Below are positions 1-9,043 of a DNA stretch of 46,152 nucleotides, piece after piece. Numbering within the stretch: position 1 is the first letter of the stretch; each line of letters opens with the position of its first letter. Source of the stretch: Deltaproteobacteria bacterium (GTDB lineage: Bacteria > Myxococcota_A > UBA9042 > DTJE01); NCBI GenBank assembly GCA_016784945.1, contig JADHTP010000002.1, forward strand, positions 1 to 46,152. Direction: 5' to 3'. The position numbers and the translations under genes are program-made. Below the pieces are notes generated by a model. It was not told the DNA's origin. It ran no database searches and saw only the letters and a program-made list of their open reading frames with translations.

Positions 1-1
1 C

Positions 2-3000
2 CAGTGCCTGTCGGGACCCCTGGGCAACTACCGGGCGACCCTGGGCGATGACTGTGACGACACGTTGCCGGAGATCAATCCGGGCGCCTTCGAGGCGTGC
101 AACGACGTGGACGATGATTGCGATTACGAGATCGACGAAGAAAACGCCACCGGGTGCGGACCCATCTATTACGACGGCGACGCGGACGACTGGGGCACCG
201 TGGAGTTCAAGTGCCTGTGCAAGGACACCGGCCTGTACCGGGCCGATCAGTCCGGCGACTGCAACGATACGGACGCCTTCGTGTTCCCCGGCACGACGGA
301 AAAGTGCAACAGCGTGGACGATGACTGCAACGGCGCCACCGACGAGGCCGGGGCCACGGGCTGCACCGTGTTCAACCACGATTTCGATGGGGACGGGTGG
401 GGCACCTCGGAGACCCAGTGCCTGTGTTCCGCCGAGTCGCCGTTCACGGCGAACAAGTCGGGCGACTGCAACGACGGCGACAAGGACGTGAACCCCGACA
501 CCCCCGAGGAATGCAACGGCAAGGACGACGACTGCGACAACATCACCGACGAGGCCAATGCCCAGTGGTGCGCCACCTTCTACCTGGACGTGGATGGGGA
601 CACCTACGGTGTGACCAACGACACCAAGTGCCTGTGCGCCGGTTCCGGGCAGTACGCGGCCAGCGAGGGCGGAGACTGCAATGACGGAGACCCGCTGGTC
701 TTCCCCGGCGCCACCGAGTCCTGCAACGGCAAGGACGACGACTGCAACGCCGCCACCGACGAGGAGGGGGCCTTCGGGTGTTCCCAGTTCTATTTCGACG
801 GTGACGACGACGAGTGGGGCACGGCCACGGTCCAGTCCAAGTGCCTTTGCAACGGGTCACCCCCCTATTCGGCGGCCAAGGTGGGGGACTGCAACGACTC
901 GAGCCAGGGCGTCAATCCCGATGCCGACGAAGCCTGCAACTGGATCGACGACGACTGTGACGGCGCCACGGACGAGGAGGCCAGTGAAGGCTGCTCCACG
1001 TTCTTCCTGGACGGCGATGGCGACGGCTACGGCCTGGATGACCAGACCAAGTGCCTGTGCGGTCCGTCGGGGAACTACTCCGCGCCCGTGGGCGGGGACT
1101 GCACCGACGTGGACGGTGCCATCTATCCCGATGCGCCCGAGATTTGCAACGGCAAGGATGACGACTGCGACGGGGCAACGGACGAGGAGGGCGCCACGGG
1201 ATGCACCACCTACTATTTCGATACCGACGGAGATGGATGGGGGACCACGGACTCGCTGTGTCTTTGCGCCATGTCCGGTCCCTACAAGGCGCTGTCGTCC
1301 GGTGACTGCAACGACGGGAATCCCAACGTGAATCCCACGGCCCTGGAGACGTGCAACGGCCTGGACGACGACTGCGACTCCGTGGTGGACGAAGTGAACG
1401 CGAACGGCTGCCTGAAGTTCTATCGTGACGTGGACGGCGACGGGTTCGGCACGTCCCAGTTCCAGTGCCTGTGCGTGGCCGAGGTGCCGTTCACGGCCCT
1501 GGTGGAAGGCGACTGCAACGATTCCGTGTTCCTGGTCAATCCCGACATGGAAGAGACCTGCAACGCCCAGGACGACGACTGCGACGGCCTGACCGACGAG
1601 GAGGACTCCCTGGCCTGCGAGACGTTCTTCTATGACAACGACGGGGATGGTTTCGGCGCCACCGGCAACACCAAGTGCCTGTGCGTGGCCAGCGGAAAGT
1701 ACACGGCCGGCGTGGGAGGCGACTGCAACGATCTGGACGACGACACCTTCCCGGGGGCCACCGAGCGGTGCTCCGGAAAGGACGACAACTGCGACGGCAC
1801 CGTGGACGAAGAGAATGCCTTCGGGTGCCTCACCAAGTACAACGACGCCGACGGGGACACCTATGGCCTGACCGGCGACACCAGGTGTCTGTGCGGTGAA
1901 ACGGGTACCTATACGGCCGACCAGGGAGGCGACTGCAACGACACGGACGCCCTGGTGTTCCCGGGCGCCCTGGAGACCTGCAACGGCAAGGACGATAACT
2001 GCGATACGGTCACGGACCCCGAAAACACCCACGGGTGCACCAACTGGCAACTGGACATGGACCAGGATGGCTGGGGCACCCTGCAGTCCAAGTGCCTGTG
2101 CGCGTCCGAATCTCCCTACAACGCCACGGGAACCGGGGACTGCAACGACAACAACGCGGACGTGAACCCGGCGGCCCCGGAACTGTGCAACGGCGTGGAC
2201 GACGACTGCGACACGCAGGTGGACGAGGAGGATGGCCAGGGGTGCCTCACCCATTATTACGACAACGACGGTGACGGGTACGGCGTGGAAACCAACCCCA
2301 AGTGCCTGTGCAACCCGTCAGGCAAGAACACGGCCCTGACCGACGGGGACTGCAACGACAACGACTACACGGTCTTCCCCGGCCAGGTGGAAACCTGCAA
2401 CGGCAAGGACGACGACTGTGACGGGCTGGCGGACGGCGAGGGATCGGGCGGGTGCTTCACCAAGTACATGGACGCGGATGCGGACACCTTCGGGGTGAAC
2501 GCGGACTTCAGGTGCCTGTGTGCCGGGGCCGGGACCTACACGGCGGACATCGGCGGCGACTGCAACGACGGGGACAACGCGGTCAATCCCCTGGCCCAGG
2601 AACTGTGCGGGAACCTCATGGACGACGACTGCAACGGCGAAACCGACGAGGCCGGTTGCCAGGGATGCATTTCCTATTACCTGGACGTGGACGGCGATAC
2701 CTGGGGCGTGACCGGGGACACACAGTGCCTGTCCGCGCCACAGGGGAGCTACACGGCCACCCGGGGCCAGGACTGCAAGGACGACGACGCGGCGGTCAAC
2801 CCGGGGGGAACGGAAGCCTGCAACGGCAAGGACGACGATTGCGACGGCGTCACCGACGGCGAGGGCTCCACTGGTTGCGACACGTTCCACTACGACTATG
2901 ACGTGGACGGTTTCGGAGTGGTGGGGAACTCCAAGTGCCTGTGCGCCAGCAGCGACAAGTACACGGCCGTGGTCACCGGAGACTGCAACGACATCGACAA

Positions 3001-4335
3001 CACCATCAATCCCGACGGCGTAGAGAAGTGCAACGGCAAGGACGATGACTGCAACGGGGACGAGGACGAAGAAGGGGCACAGGGCTGCTTCGAGAAGTTC
3101 TTCGACAACGACCAGGACGGGTTCGGCCTGGACGGGGACACCCTGTGCCTGTGCATGGCGGCTGGCAAGTACACCGCTGACGTGGGTTCGGACTGCAACG
3201 ACAATGACGGGAACGTGAACCCGGCGGCCGTGGAACTGTGCCAGAACGGCAAGGACGACGATTGCAATGGCGAAACCGACGAAGAGGGGTGCCAGGGCTG
3301 CGTGACCTTCTACCTGGACGTGGACGATGACACCTGGGGCGTCACCGGTGACACCAAGTGCCTGAATACGGCTGACGGCGACTACCGGGCGACCCGGGGC
3401 GGCGACTGTGACGACGGCGACCTGGGGATCAACCCGGCGGCCCTGGAGTCCTGCAACGACAAGGACGACGACTGCAACGGGGTGACCGACGGCCAGAATT
3501 CCGACGGGTGCAACCCGTACTACTACGACTTCGACGTGGACACCTACGGCGTGACCGGGAATATCAAGTGCCTGTGCGCGGGCACCGGCAAGTACACGGG
3601 CGGGGTCGGCGGCGATTGCAACGACAACGATCCCAACATCTTCCCCGGCCAGGATGAGGAGTGTAACAACAAGGATGACGACTGCGACGGGAACACCGAC
3701 GAGGAGGATTCCGACGGGTGCCTGGTGTTCTATTTCGACAACGACACGGACGGATTCGGGATGACGGGCAACGCCAAGTGCCTGTGTTCCGCCTCGGGCA
3801 AGTGGACCACCGGCGTGGGGGGTGACTGCGACGACGGCGACGCGGCGGTGAACCCCAGCGCCCTGGAACTGTGCAACGGAAAGGATGACGACTGCAACGG
3901 CGTGCCCGATCCTGAGGACTCCCAGGGATGCACCCTGTACTACTATGACTTCGACAGCGACACCTGGGGCACGACCCATTCCAAGTGCCTGTGCAGCCAG
4001 GGCGGCTACTACACCACCACCACGTCGGGGGACTGCAACGACAACCACGACCAGGTCTATCCCGACGCCCCGGAGAGCTGCAACAACATAGACGACGACT
4101 GCGACGGCGTCACCGACGAGACCGGGTCCAACGGGTGCACCACATTCTTCAAGGACGAGGACGACGACAACTACGGCGAAACGGGCAACACTCAGTGCAT
4201 CTGCCTGCCCGAGGGGCATTACACCGCCACTCAGGGCGGGGACTGCGACGACACCAACGCCGGGGTCAACCCGTCGCGGGTGGAGGAGTGCAACGGGCTG
4301 GACGACGATTGCAACAGCCAGACCGACGAGGCCGA
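2..4335 (+). repeat. Tandem ~210-bp coding repeats (about 20.5 units in the window), including a 633-bp three-unit higher-order duplication (2555-3187 vs 3188-3820)
   Basis: The recurring GDCND...DDDCDG...CLC pattern was counted directly in the translation. The two three-unit blocks have equal length and match each other position by position. Confidence 0.9.
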
Positions 4336-5080
4336 TGACATGGACATGTGCGGCACCGTCCAGAACGGGGAACCTCTGTGTTCCGGCGGGGACTGCATGG
4401 CCGTGTGCGACAGCGGGTTCTTCGACGTGAACCAGATGCTGACGGACGGGTGCGAGTGCCAGCAGGACGGCAACGACCACACGGGGAACCAGTGCTCGGG
4501 GGCCATCAACCTGGGCACCCTGTCCGATGCCACCCCGGGGTCAGTGAAGACCGCGTCGGGGCGGATCGTCCCGGGGACCGACGAGGACTGGTACGAATTC
4601 TCGGCCACGGATTCCACGGACACCGGGACCTTCAGCAGCCCGGGTCATGACCGGTACCACGTGCGGGTGCGGGTGACGTCACCGGCGGACGGCAGCATCC
4701 GGGCCAACGTGTACAAAGGGACTTGCAACGATGCCGTGGCCTGCACGTCGGGCAGCCACAACGCTCGGGACACCCAGTGGTACACGAACTTCAGCAACAC
4801 CACCACCAAGACGGGGCATGACCCCTGCGTGAGCGCCCCCTCCTGGGACTGCTGCAAGACCGGGGAGTGTGGCGGCGGCCAGTCTGCCAATGCCTGCTGT
4901 GGCGGTATCAACAACGACAATCCCACCCAGTGCACGGATTCGCTGAAGAACAAGCGTCAATGCGGCAGCGACGCCTCCACCTTTTTCGTCAAGGTCTATC
5001 GGGCCTCGGGCGCGGCCACGTCCTGTGCCGAGACCGAATACGCCATCGAAATCAGCAACGGAAAATTCCCGGCGCCATGA
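2..5080 (+). CDS. Giant secreted Cys-rich repeat protein with its 5' end off-window. It has at least 20 tandem ~70-aa MopE-type 'putative metal-binding' repeats, then a PPC-like (pre-peptidase C-terminal-like) region and a Cys-rich tail.
   Basis: The frame is open from nt 2 (QCLSGPLGNYRATLGDDCDD precedes the TTG reported at 65) to TGA 5078-5080. Repeat consensus: CNGxDDDCDGxTDEE-x3-GC-x2-FYxDxDGDGxG-x6-CLC-x3-GxYTAxxGGDCNDxDxxVxPGAxE. The tail carries GTDEDWYEF. GC3 bias is strong. Confidence 0.85.
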   Translation, partial: QCLSGPLGNYRATLGDDCDDTLPEINPGAFEACNDVDDDCDYEIDEENATGCGPIYYDGDADDWGTVEFKCLCKDTGLYRADQSGDCNDTDAFVFPGTTEKCNSVDDDCNGATDEAGATGCTVFNHDFDGDGWGTSETQCLCSAESPFTANKSGDCNDGDKDVNPDTPEECNGKDDDCDNITDEANAQWCATFYLDVDGDTYGVTNDTKCLCAGSGQYAASEGGDCNDGDPLVFPGATESCNGKDDDCNAATDEEGAFGCSQFYFDGDDDEWGTATVQSKCLCNGSPPYSAAKVGDCNDSSQGVNPDADEACNWIDDDCDGATDEEASEGCSTFFLDGDGDGYGLDDQTKCLCGPSGNYSAPVGGDCTDVDGAIYPDAPEICNGKDDDCDGATDEEGATGCTTYYFDTDGDGWGTTDSLCLCAMSGPYKALSSGDCNDGNPNVNPTALETCNGLDDDCDSVVDEVNANGCLKFYRDVDGDGFGTSQFQCLCVAEVPFTALVEGDCNDSVFLVNPDMEETCNAQDDDCDGLTDEEDSLACETFFYDNDGDGFGATGNTKCLCVASGKYTAGVGGDCNDLDDDTFPGATERCSGKDDNCDGTVDEENAFGCLTKYNDADGDTYGLTGDTRCLCGETGTYTADQGGDCNDTDALVFPGALETCNGKDDNCDTVTDPENTHGCTNWQLDMDQDGWGTLQSKCLCASESPYNATGTGDCNDNNADVNPAAPELCNGVDDDCDTQVDEEDGQGCLTHYYDNDGDGYGVETNPKCLCNPSGKNTALTDGDCNDNDYTVFPGQVETCNGKDDDCDGLADGEGSGGCFTKYMDADADTFGVNADFRCLCAGAGTYTADIGGDCNDGDNAVNPLAQELCGNLMDDDCNGETDEAGCQGCISYYLDVDGDTWGVTGDTQCLSAPQGSYTATRGQDCKDDDAAVNPGGTEACNGKDDDCDGVTDGEGSTGCDTFHYDYDVDGFGVVGNSKCLCASSDKYTAVVTGDCNDIDNTINPDGVEKCNGKDDDCNGDEDEEGAQGCFEKFFDNDQDGFGLDGDTLCLCMAAGKYTADVGSDCNDNDGNVNPAAVELCQNGKDDDCNGETDEEGCQGCVTFYLDVDDDTWGVTGDTKCLNTADGDYRATRGGDCDDGDLGINPAALESCNDKDDDCNGVTDGQNSDGCNPYYYDFDVDTYGVTGNIKCLCAGTGKYTGGVGGDCNDNDPNIFPGQDEECNNKDDDCDGNTDEEDSDGCLVFYFDNDTDGFGMTGNAKCLCSASGKWTTGVGGDCDDGDAAVNPSALELCNGKDDDCNGVPDPEDSQGCTLYYYDFDSDTWGTTHSKCLCSQGGYYTTTTSGDCNDNHDQVYPDAPESCNNIDDDCDGVTDETGSNGCTTFFKDEDDDNYGETGNTQCICLPEGHYTATQGGDCDDTNAGVNPSRVEECNGLDDDCNSQTDEADDMDMCGTVQNGEPLCSGGDCMAVCDSGFFDVNQMLTDGCECQQDGNDHTGNQCSGAINLGTLSDATPGSVKTASGRIVPGTDEDWYEFSATDSTDTGTFSSPGHDRYHVRVRVTSPADGSIRANVYKGTCNDAVACTSGSHNARDTQWYTNFSNTTTKTGHDPCVSAPSWDCCKTGECGGGQSANACCGGINNDNPTQCTDSLKNKRQCGSDASTFFVKVYRASGAATSCAETEYAIEISNGKFPAP

Positions 5081-5567
5081 ATCGACTTCTGCTGACCCTG
5101 TCCGTCCTGGCGCTGCTTGGCGGACCTGGTCTTCCATACCGACGACGTCCTGCAATCCCTCGATGCCGCCGTCAGCCCCACTTTCCTGCTGGAGGCCGAC
5201 ACCGATGAGCCCGTGCTGCACTTCGCGGAGCTGGACCCCCTGGCGGACCCGGGCGGGACGCAGGCCCTGATGCTGAGGCCCCCAGTACGGCCACGGGTTC
5301 TTCGGCCATTACGACAACATGGGGGAACTCGGGGGGCTCTATCCCCTCATGCAGGACCACGGAATCGTGTTCATGGTGGCGGGTTGGTGGGGGATGACCG
5401 ACAAGGACGTTCCCGGACTGCTGGAGGGCCTCACAAGCCACCCGGGTGAATCCCTGCGATTCTCCGACCGGGTCCACCAGGGCATGGTCAACCAGCAGAT
5501 CGACCTCTTCCTGCGACCCGACGGCCAGATAGTCCACACCTGCGACGGCGTGTGTGATCCTGAATAG
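5077..5567 (+). pseudogene. Small secreted-protein gene with two apparent +1 frame breaks (a pseudogene or a consensus indel error)
   Basis: ATG 5077 overlaps the giant gene's TGA (ATGA) and encodes the signal peptide MNRLLLTLSVLALL. The coding-like sequence continues in the next frame (LADLVFHTDDVLQSLDAAVSPTFLLEADTDEPVLHFAELDPLADPGGTQALML) from about 5117. It then continues in the third frame from 5277 (GPQYGHGFFGHYDNMGELGG...HTCDGVCDPE, stop 5565-5567). The second break lies at a C5 run at 5279-5283. All three segments have GC-rich third codon positions. Confidence 0.4.
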
Positions 5568-5573
5568 TGATCG

Positions 5574-6980
5574 CTAGAACGAAAACTTCAGCACGGCGTA
5601 ACCCAGTACGGGCATGAGCCCGAACTCGGACTTCACGTCCACCAGGGGGAAGGTGCCCGTGGGATCCATGGTCACGTCGGGCCTCTCGCCCAGAGGGACC
5701 ATGATGCCGGCGGTGAGCCGGACGTCCTGGATCACGGACCAGCGCAAACCCAGGATGAGCAGGGACGACGGGTCGCGGAAGTTGGTGATGGCGGACAGGG
5801 TCAGGTTCACCAGGGGATGGACCTCCTGGGTGGCGGTGATGCCCAGGTAATAACGCCCGATCTGGAACGATTCGCCCCGTTCCAGCCTTTCACCCTTCAT
5901 GCGGTTGCAGAAGGCGCCGATGGGCGCGAGGGCCGTGCCGCTGATGGCCTGGCGGCAGGTGGCCGGTCCCATGAGGTACTCGTCGTAGCCCCCGGGACTG
6001 GACGCGCCGTACCCGTTGAAGAAGAACTCGCCGGCCAGGGTCAGCTTGAAGGGGAAATGGTAGTCCAGTCCGATCACCGCCTCGATGTCCCAGTCACCGG
6101 AGTCCTGCATGTAGTTGAAGGCGGCCTCGCCCCTGAAACCCACTTTCTGGATGTCGCCCGAAAACTCCAGACCCACCATCCAGTTGGCCTCGTCGGCCAG
6201 CTGGAACCGGGCCGCGGATAGGGCCAGGTCGTAACCACCCAGGGTCATTCGGAACCGGGCGCCGGCGTGGAACCAGTACTTCCGGTCAGTGCCCGGGTGC
6301 CTTTCGAAGGTGGCCACCAGGTCCAGGTTGCTGGTCTGGCCCGTGAAGACCTCCACCCGCACGGCGTCCACACCCCGTTTCACGTCGGCGTCCACGTCCA
6401 TGGGTGAAAAGGGGCTGAACCGGTCCGTGGGCTTCCAGAACCAGGCCGATCCCCAGGTGATGGGCTGGCGCCCGATGGTCACGTCCACGGGCCCGGCGGA
6501 AAATCCCACGAAGTATCGGTCGATGTCGTGCTCGCTGAGCACGTTGGGTCCCGCGAAGGAGCCCGCGTCCCAGAGCCGGGGTCGGGGCGCCGTGCCGCCG
6601 GGCATCAGGGACCCGCCGCCCTCCATGCCGTCGGACTGGAACGAAAACCGGAATTCGTAATCCAGGCCCGCCCGAAAGAACTCCGAATCGAGAGTCAGTC
6701 CCAGGCGGATCCGGGTGGTGTCCTGGCCCGCCAGGTCCTCGGGGTAGAGCGCGATGTCCCGGAAGTGCATGCCCAGGACCTGGTTCTTCAGGTAGCCCCA
6801 GTACTCCAGGGCCACTTCATCGTCCTCGCTGACCCACAGTTCCCCGGCCACGGCGGGTATGGAAGCCAACAGGAGCGTGGTGACAATGAGCCCTTGTAGG
6901 GGCTGCCTACCCAGGCAGCCCGACGGCGCAGAGGGACGGACAGGTGTCCGTCCCCTACAAGGTTCAATCTGACTGACCAT
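5574..6980 (-). CDS. Outer-membrane beta-barrel protein, the last gene of the Lol-like ABC operon
   Basis: The hydrophobic signal segment LIVTTLLLASIPAVAG is followed by alternating amphipathic strands rich in G/Y/F, and the C terminus VLKFSF ends in Phe. ATG 6980 lies 3 nt after the ATPase stop. The N-terminal 30 codons overlap a REP-like element, so the start is uncertain. Confidence 0.7.
   Translation of the reverse strand: MVSQIEPCRGRTPVRPSAPSGCLGRQPLQGLIVTTLLLASIPAVAGELWVSEDDEVALEYWGYLKNQVLGMHFRDIALYPEDLAGQDTTRIRLGLTLDSEFFRAGLDYEFRFSFQSDGMEGGGSLMPGGTAPRPRLWDAGSFAGPNVLSEHDIDRYFVGFSAGPVDVTIGRQPITWGSAWFWKPTDRFSPFSPMDVDADVKRGVDAVRVEVFTGQTSNLDLVATFERHPGTDRKYWFHAGARFRMTLGGYDLALSAARFQLADEANWMVGLEFSGDIQKVGFRGEAAFNYMQDSGDWDIEAVIGLDYHFPFKLTLAGEFFFNGYGASSPGGYDEYLMGPATCRQAISGTALAPIGAFCNRMKGERLERGESFQIGRYYLGITATQEVHPLVNLTLSAITNFRDPSSLLILGLRWSVIQDVRLTAGIMVPLGERPDVTMDPTGTFPLVDVKSEFGLMPVLGYAVLKFSF
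6892..6962. repeat. REP-like palindromic element, copy A (71 bp)
   Basis: The termini CCTTGTAGGGG and CCCCTACAAGG are 11/11 complementary. Hairpin 1 is GGCTGCCT-ACCC-AGGCAGCC. Hairpin 2 is GGGACGGACA-GG-TGTCCGTCCC. Confidence 0.8.
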
Positions 6981-6983
6981 TAT

Positions 6984-7712
6984 TCAGGCCCCTGCGGGCA
7001 CCGGGGCGCCCGATTCATCGCCGTTCTGACGCACGTCCGAGTCGATCCGGCCGTCCTTCAGGCGGATCAGGCGCCGTGCCGAGGACATGACCATGGGGTC
7101 GTGGGTGCTGAACAGGAAGGTCAGGTTGTTTTCTGTATTCAAGCGGCGCATGAGGTCCAGCAGGGCCTGGCCGGTCTCGGAGTCCACGTTGGCCGTGGGC
7201 TCGTCGGCGAGCACCATCACCGGGTCACAGACCAGGGCGCGGGCTATGGCAACACGCTGCTGCTGGCCTCCGCTCATCTGGTTGGGGCGGCGGTGCATCA
7301 TGTCTTCCAGGCCCACGGCCCCCAGCAGCGCCTCCACCCGCTTCAGCCTTTCGTCACCAGGGACCTTCTTGAGGATCAGCGGGTACTCCACGTTCTCGTA
7401 GGCGGTCAGCACCGGGATCAGGTTGTACGCCTGGAATACGAACCCGATCTTGTCCAACCGGAGACGAGCCCGCATCCGGGGATTCATGCCTTCCAGGGGC
7501 TTCCCGTCCACGAAGACGCTGCCTTCGGTGGGCTCGTCCAGACCCCCGATCAGGTTGAACAGCGTGGTCTTGCCCGACCCCGAGGGGCCGGCCACCGCCG
7601 TGAATTCGCCGGGCTGGATACACAGGTCCACGCCGCGCAATGCGTGGACCGACACGTCGCCCATCTGGAAGGTCCGGGTCACACCCTTGGTCTCAACTAC
7701 GTGATCGCTCAT
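6984..7712 (-). CDS. ABC transporter ATP-binding protein (LolD/MacB-type)
   Basis: Walker A is GPSGSGKTT, the signature is MSGGQQQRVAIARAL and Walker B is VLADEPT. The size (242 aa) is typical. Confidence 0.95.
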   Translation of the reverse strand: MSDHVVETKGVTRTFQMGDVSVHALRGVDLCIQPGEFTAVAGPSGSGKTTLFNLIGGLDEPTEGSVFVDGKPLEGMNPRMRARLRLDKIGFVFQAYNLIPVLTAYENVEYPLILKKVPGDERLKRVEALLGAVGLEDMMHRRPNQMSGGQQQRVAIARALVCDPVMVLADEPTANVDSETGQALLDLMRRLNTENNLTFLFSTHDPMVMSSARRLIRLKDGRIDSDVRQNGDESGAPVPAGA

Positions 7713-7726
7713 TGGTCATTCCTCCC

Positions 7727-9034
7727 TCAACCGGTGACGCCGCCCTGTCGGATGGCATCGAGGGCCTTCATCCGGGCCACCTTCATGGACGGCCACAGGG
7801 CAAATAGTATAGTTCCCACGAACACCACCAGGGTGGGCTCTATGAACACCTTGGGGGCCGCTGAGCCCCGGTACACGTTTTCGAAGAAGATCCCGGCGAA
7901 TTCCCAGCCGCCCGCCAGGGAACTGAGGTCGATGCCCACGTGGACGAAGTAGGCCACTGAAATGGCACCGACGACCAGGCCCACCAGGGACGCCAGCAGG
8001 GCCATGAGAATGGCTTCCAGCATGACTCCCAGGAACAGGGAACGGGGCCGGGTGCCCACGGCGAGGCGCACACCGAATTCCCGGGTGCGCTCGAAAACCA
8101 CCATGAACATGGTGGTCAGGATGCCCGCGCTCAGGATGGACATCATGAGCAGGTACATGATCCCGTTCCATGCGTCGCTGATGTCCAGCATCTGCTTGAT
8201 CTCCGGACTGATCTCCCACCAGGGCTGAACCGCCAGGTCCCCCAGGGAGCCGTCGCCGTTGGCCCCGGTGATGGATGCCTCGATGCGACGGACCACGTCT
8301 TCCACGGCGGTGACGTCCTCCACCACCATGGTGGCCTCGTGGATGCGGTCTCCCGCCCCGGTGACGGCCTGCATGTCCTTGAGCGACACCATGACCATGG
8401 ACTTGTCAAGGGCGTCCGACCCGGCCCTCAGGATGCCCGTTACATAGAAGGCCGCCGCCGAGGTGTTGCTCTTGAACCCGGCCGTGTCCAGGCGGACTTT
8501 TGATCCCAGTTCGGCCTTCAGGTGCTTGGCCAGCTTGGCCCCGATGAGGATGCCTTTGCGGTTCTTCACCCGGGCCGGTGCGTCGGGTTTCAGGGTCTCC
8601 GGGGGCGGCACCACGAAACCACCATCAACCACTTTGTCCGGCAGTCCACTCATCTTGCGTTCGCGCTCGGGGTCCACGGCCACCACCTTGACCACGTGGA
8701 TGGAACTGGACCGGCTGGAGCGGATGCTCCCCGTGAACAGGAGCCTTGGACTGACCCCTTCGATGCCTTCCACGGCTTCCAGCATGGTGGTGAGCCGGGA
8801 AGCGGCGGGCATGGTGAGCTTCACGGACCTCTTTTCGATGTACTCGGAGTGGTGGATCTGGACGTGCCCCATGCTGGACCGCGCCACCTGTTCGATCATC
8901 ATCTCGAACATGCCCTCCATCCAGGAGACCATGGTGATCAGAATGGCCAGTCCCAGGCCGATGGCGCTGATGGTCAGCACGGAGCGGCGCCGGTTCCTCC
9001 AGAGGTTTCTCCAGGCCATCTTGAACAACAGCAT
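7727..9034 (-). CDS. FtsX/MacB-LolC/E-family ABC permease
   Basis: The N terminus MLLFKMAWRNLWRNRRRSVLT is typical of the family. One TM helix is followed by a large periplasmic domain and a C-terminal 3-TM FtsX bundle. The SD GAGGTGG precedes the ATG. Confidence 0.9.
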   Translation of the reverse strand: MLLFKMAWRNLWRNRRRSVLTISAIGLGLAILITMVSWMEGMFEMMIEQVARSSMGHVQIHHSEYIEKRSVKLTMPAASRLTTMLEAVEGIEGVSPRLLFTGSIRSSRSSSIHVVKVVAVDPERERKMSGLPDKVVDGGFVVPPPETLKPDAPARVKNRKGILIGAKLAKHLKAELGSKVRLDTAGFKSNTSAAAFYVTGILRAGSDALDKSMVMVSLKDMQAVTGAGDRIHEATMVVEDVTAVEDVVRRIEASITGANGDGSLGDLAVQPWWEISPEIKQMLDISDAWNGIMYLLMMSILSAGILTTMFMVVFERTREFGVRLAVGTRPRSLFLGVMLEAILMALLASLVGLVVGAISVAYFVHVGIDLSSLAGGWEFAGIFFENVYRGSAAPKVFIEPTLVVFVGTILFALWPSMKVARMKALDAIRQGGVTG

Positions 9035-9043
9035 CGTTCCACC

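Noticed and set aside
857-4480. Long ORFs of 465 aa and 720 aa antisense to the MopE-repeat gene
   Set aside because: They are Arg/Val/Ala/Gly-rich, low-complexity translations with no motifs, and they mirror the sense-strand repeats. This is the typical stop-codon-poor antisense frame of a high-GC gene.
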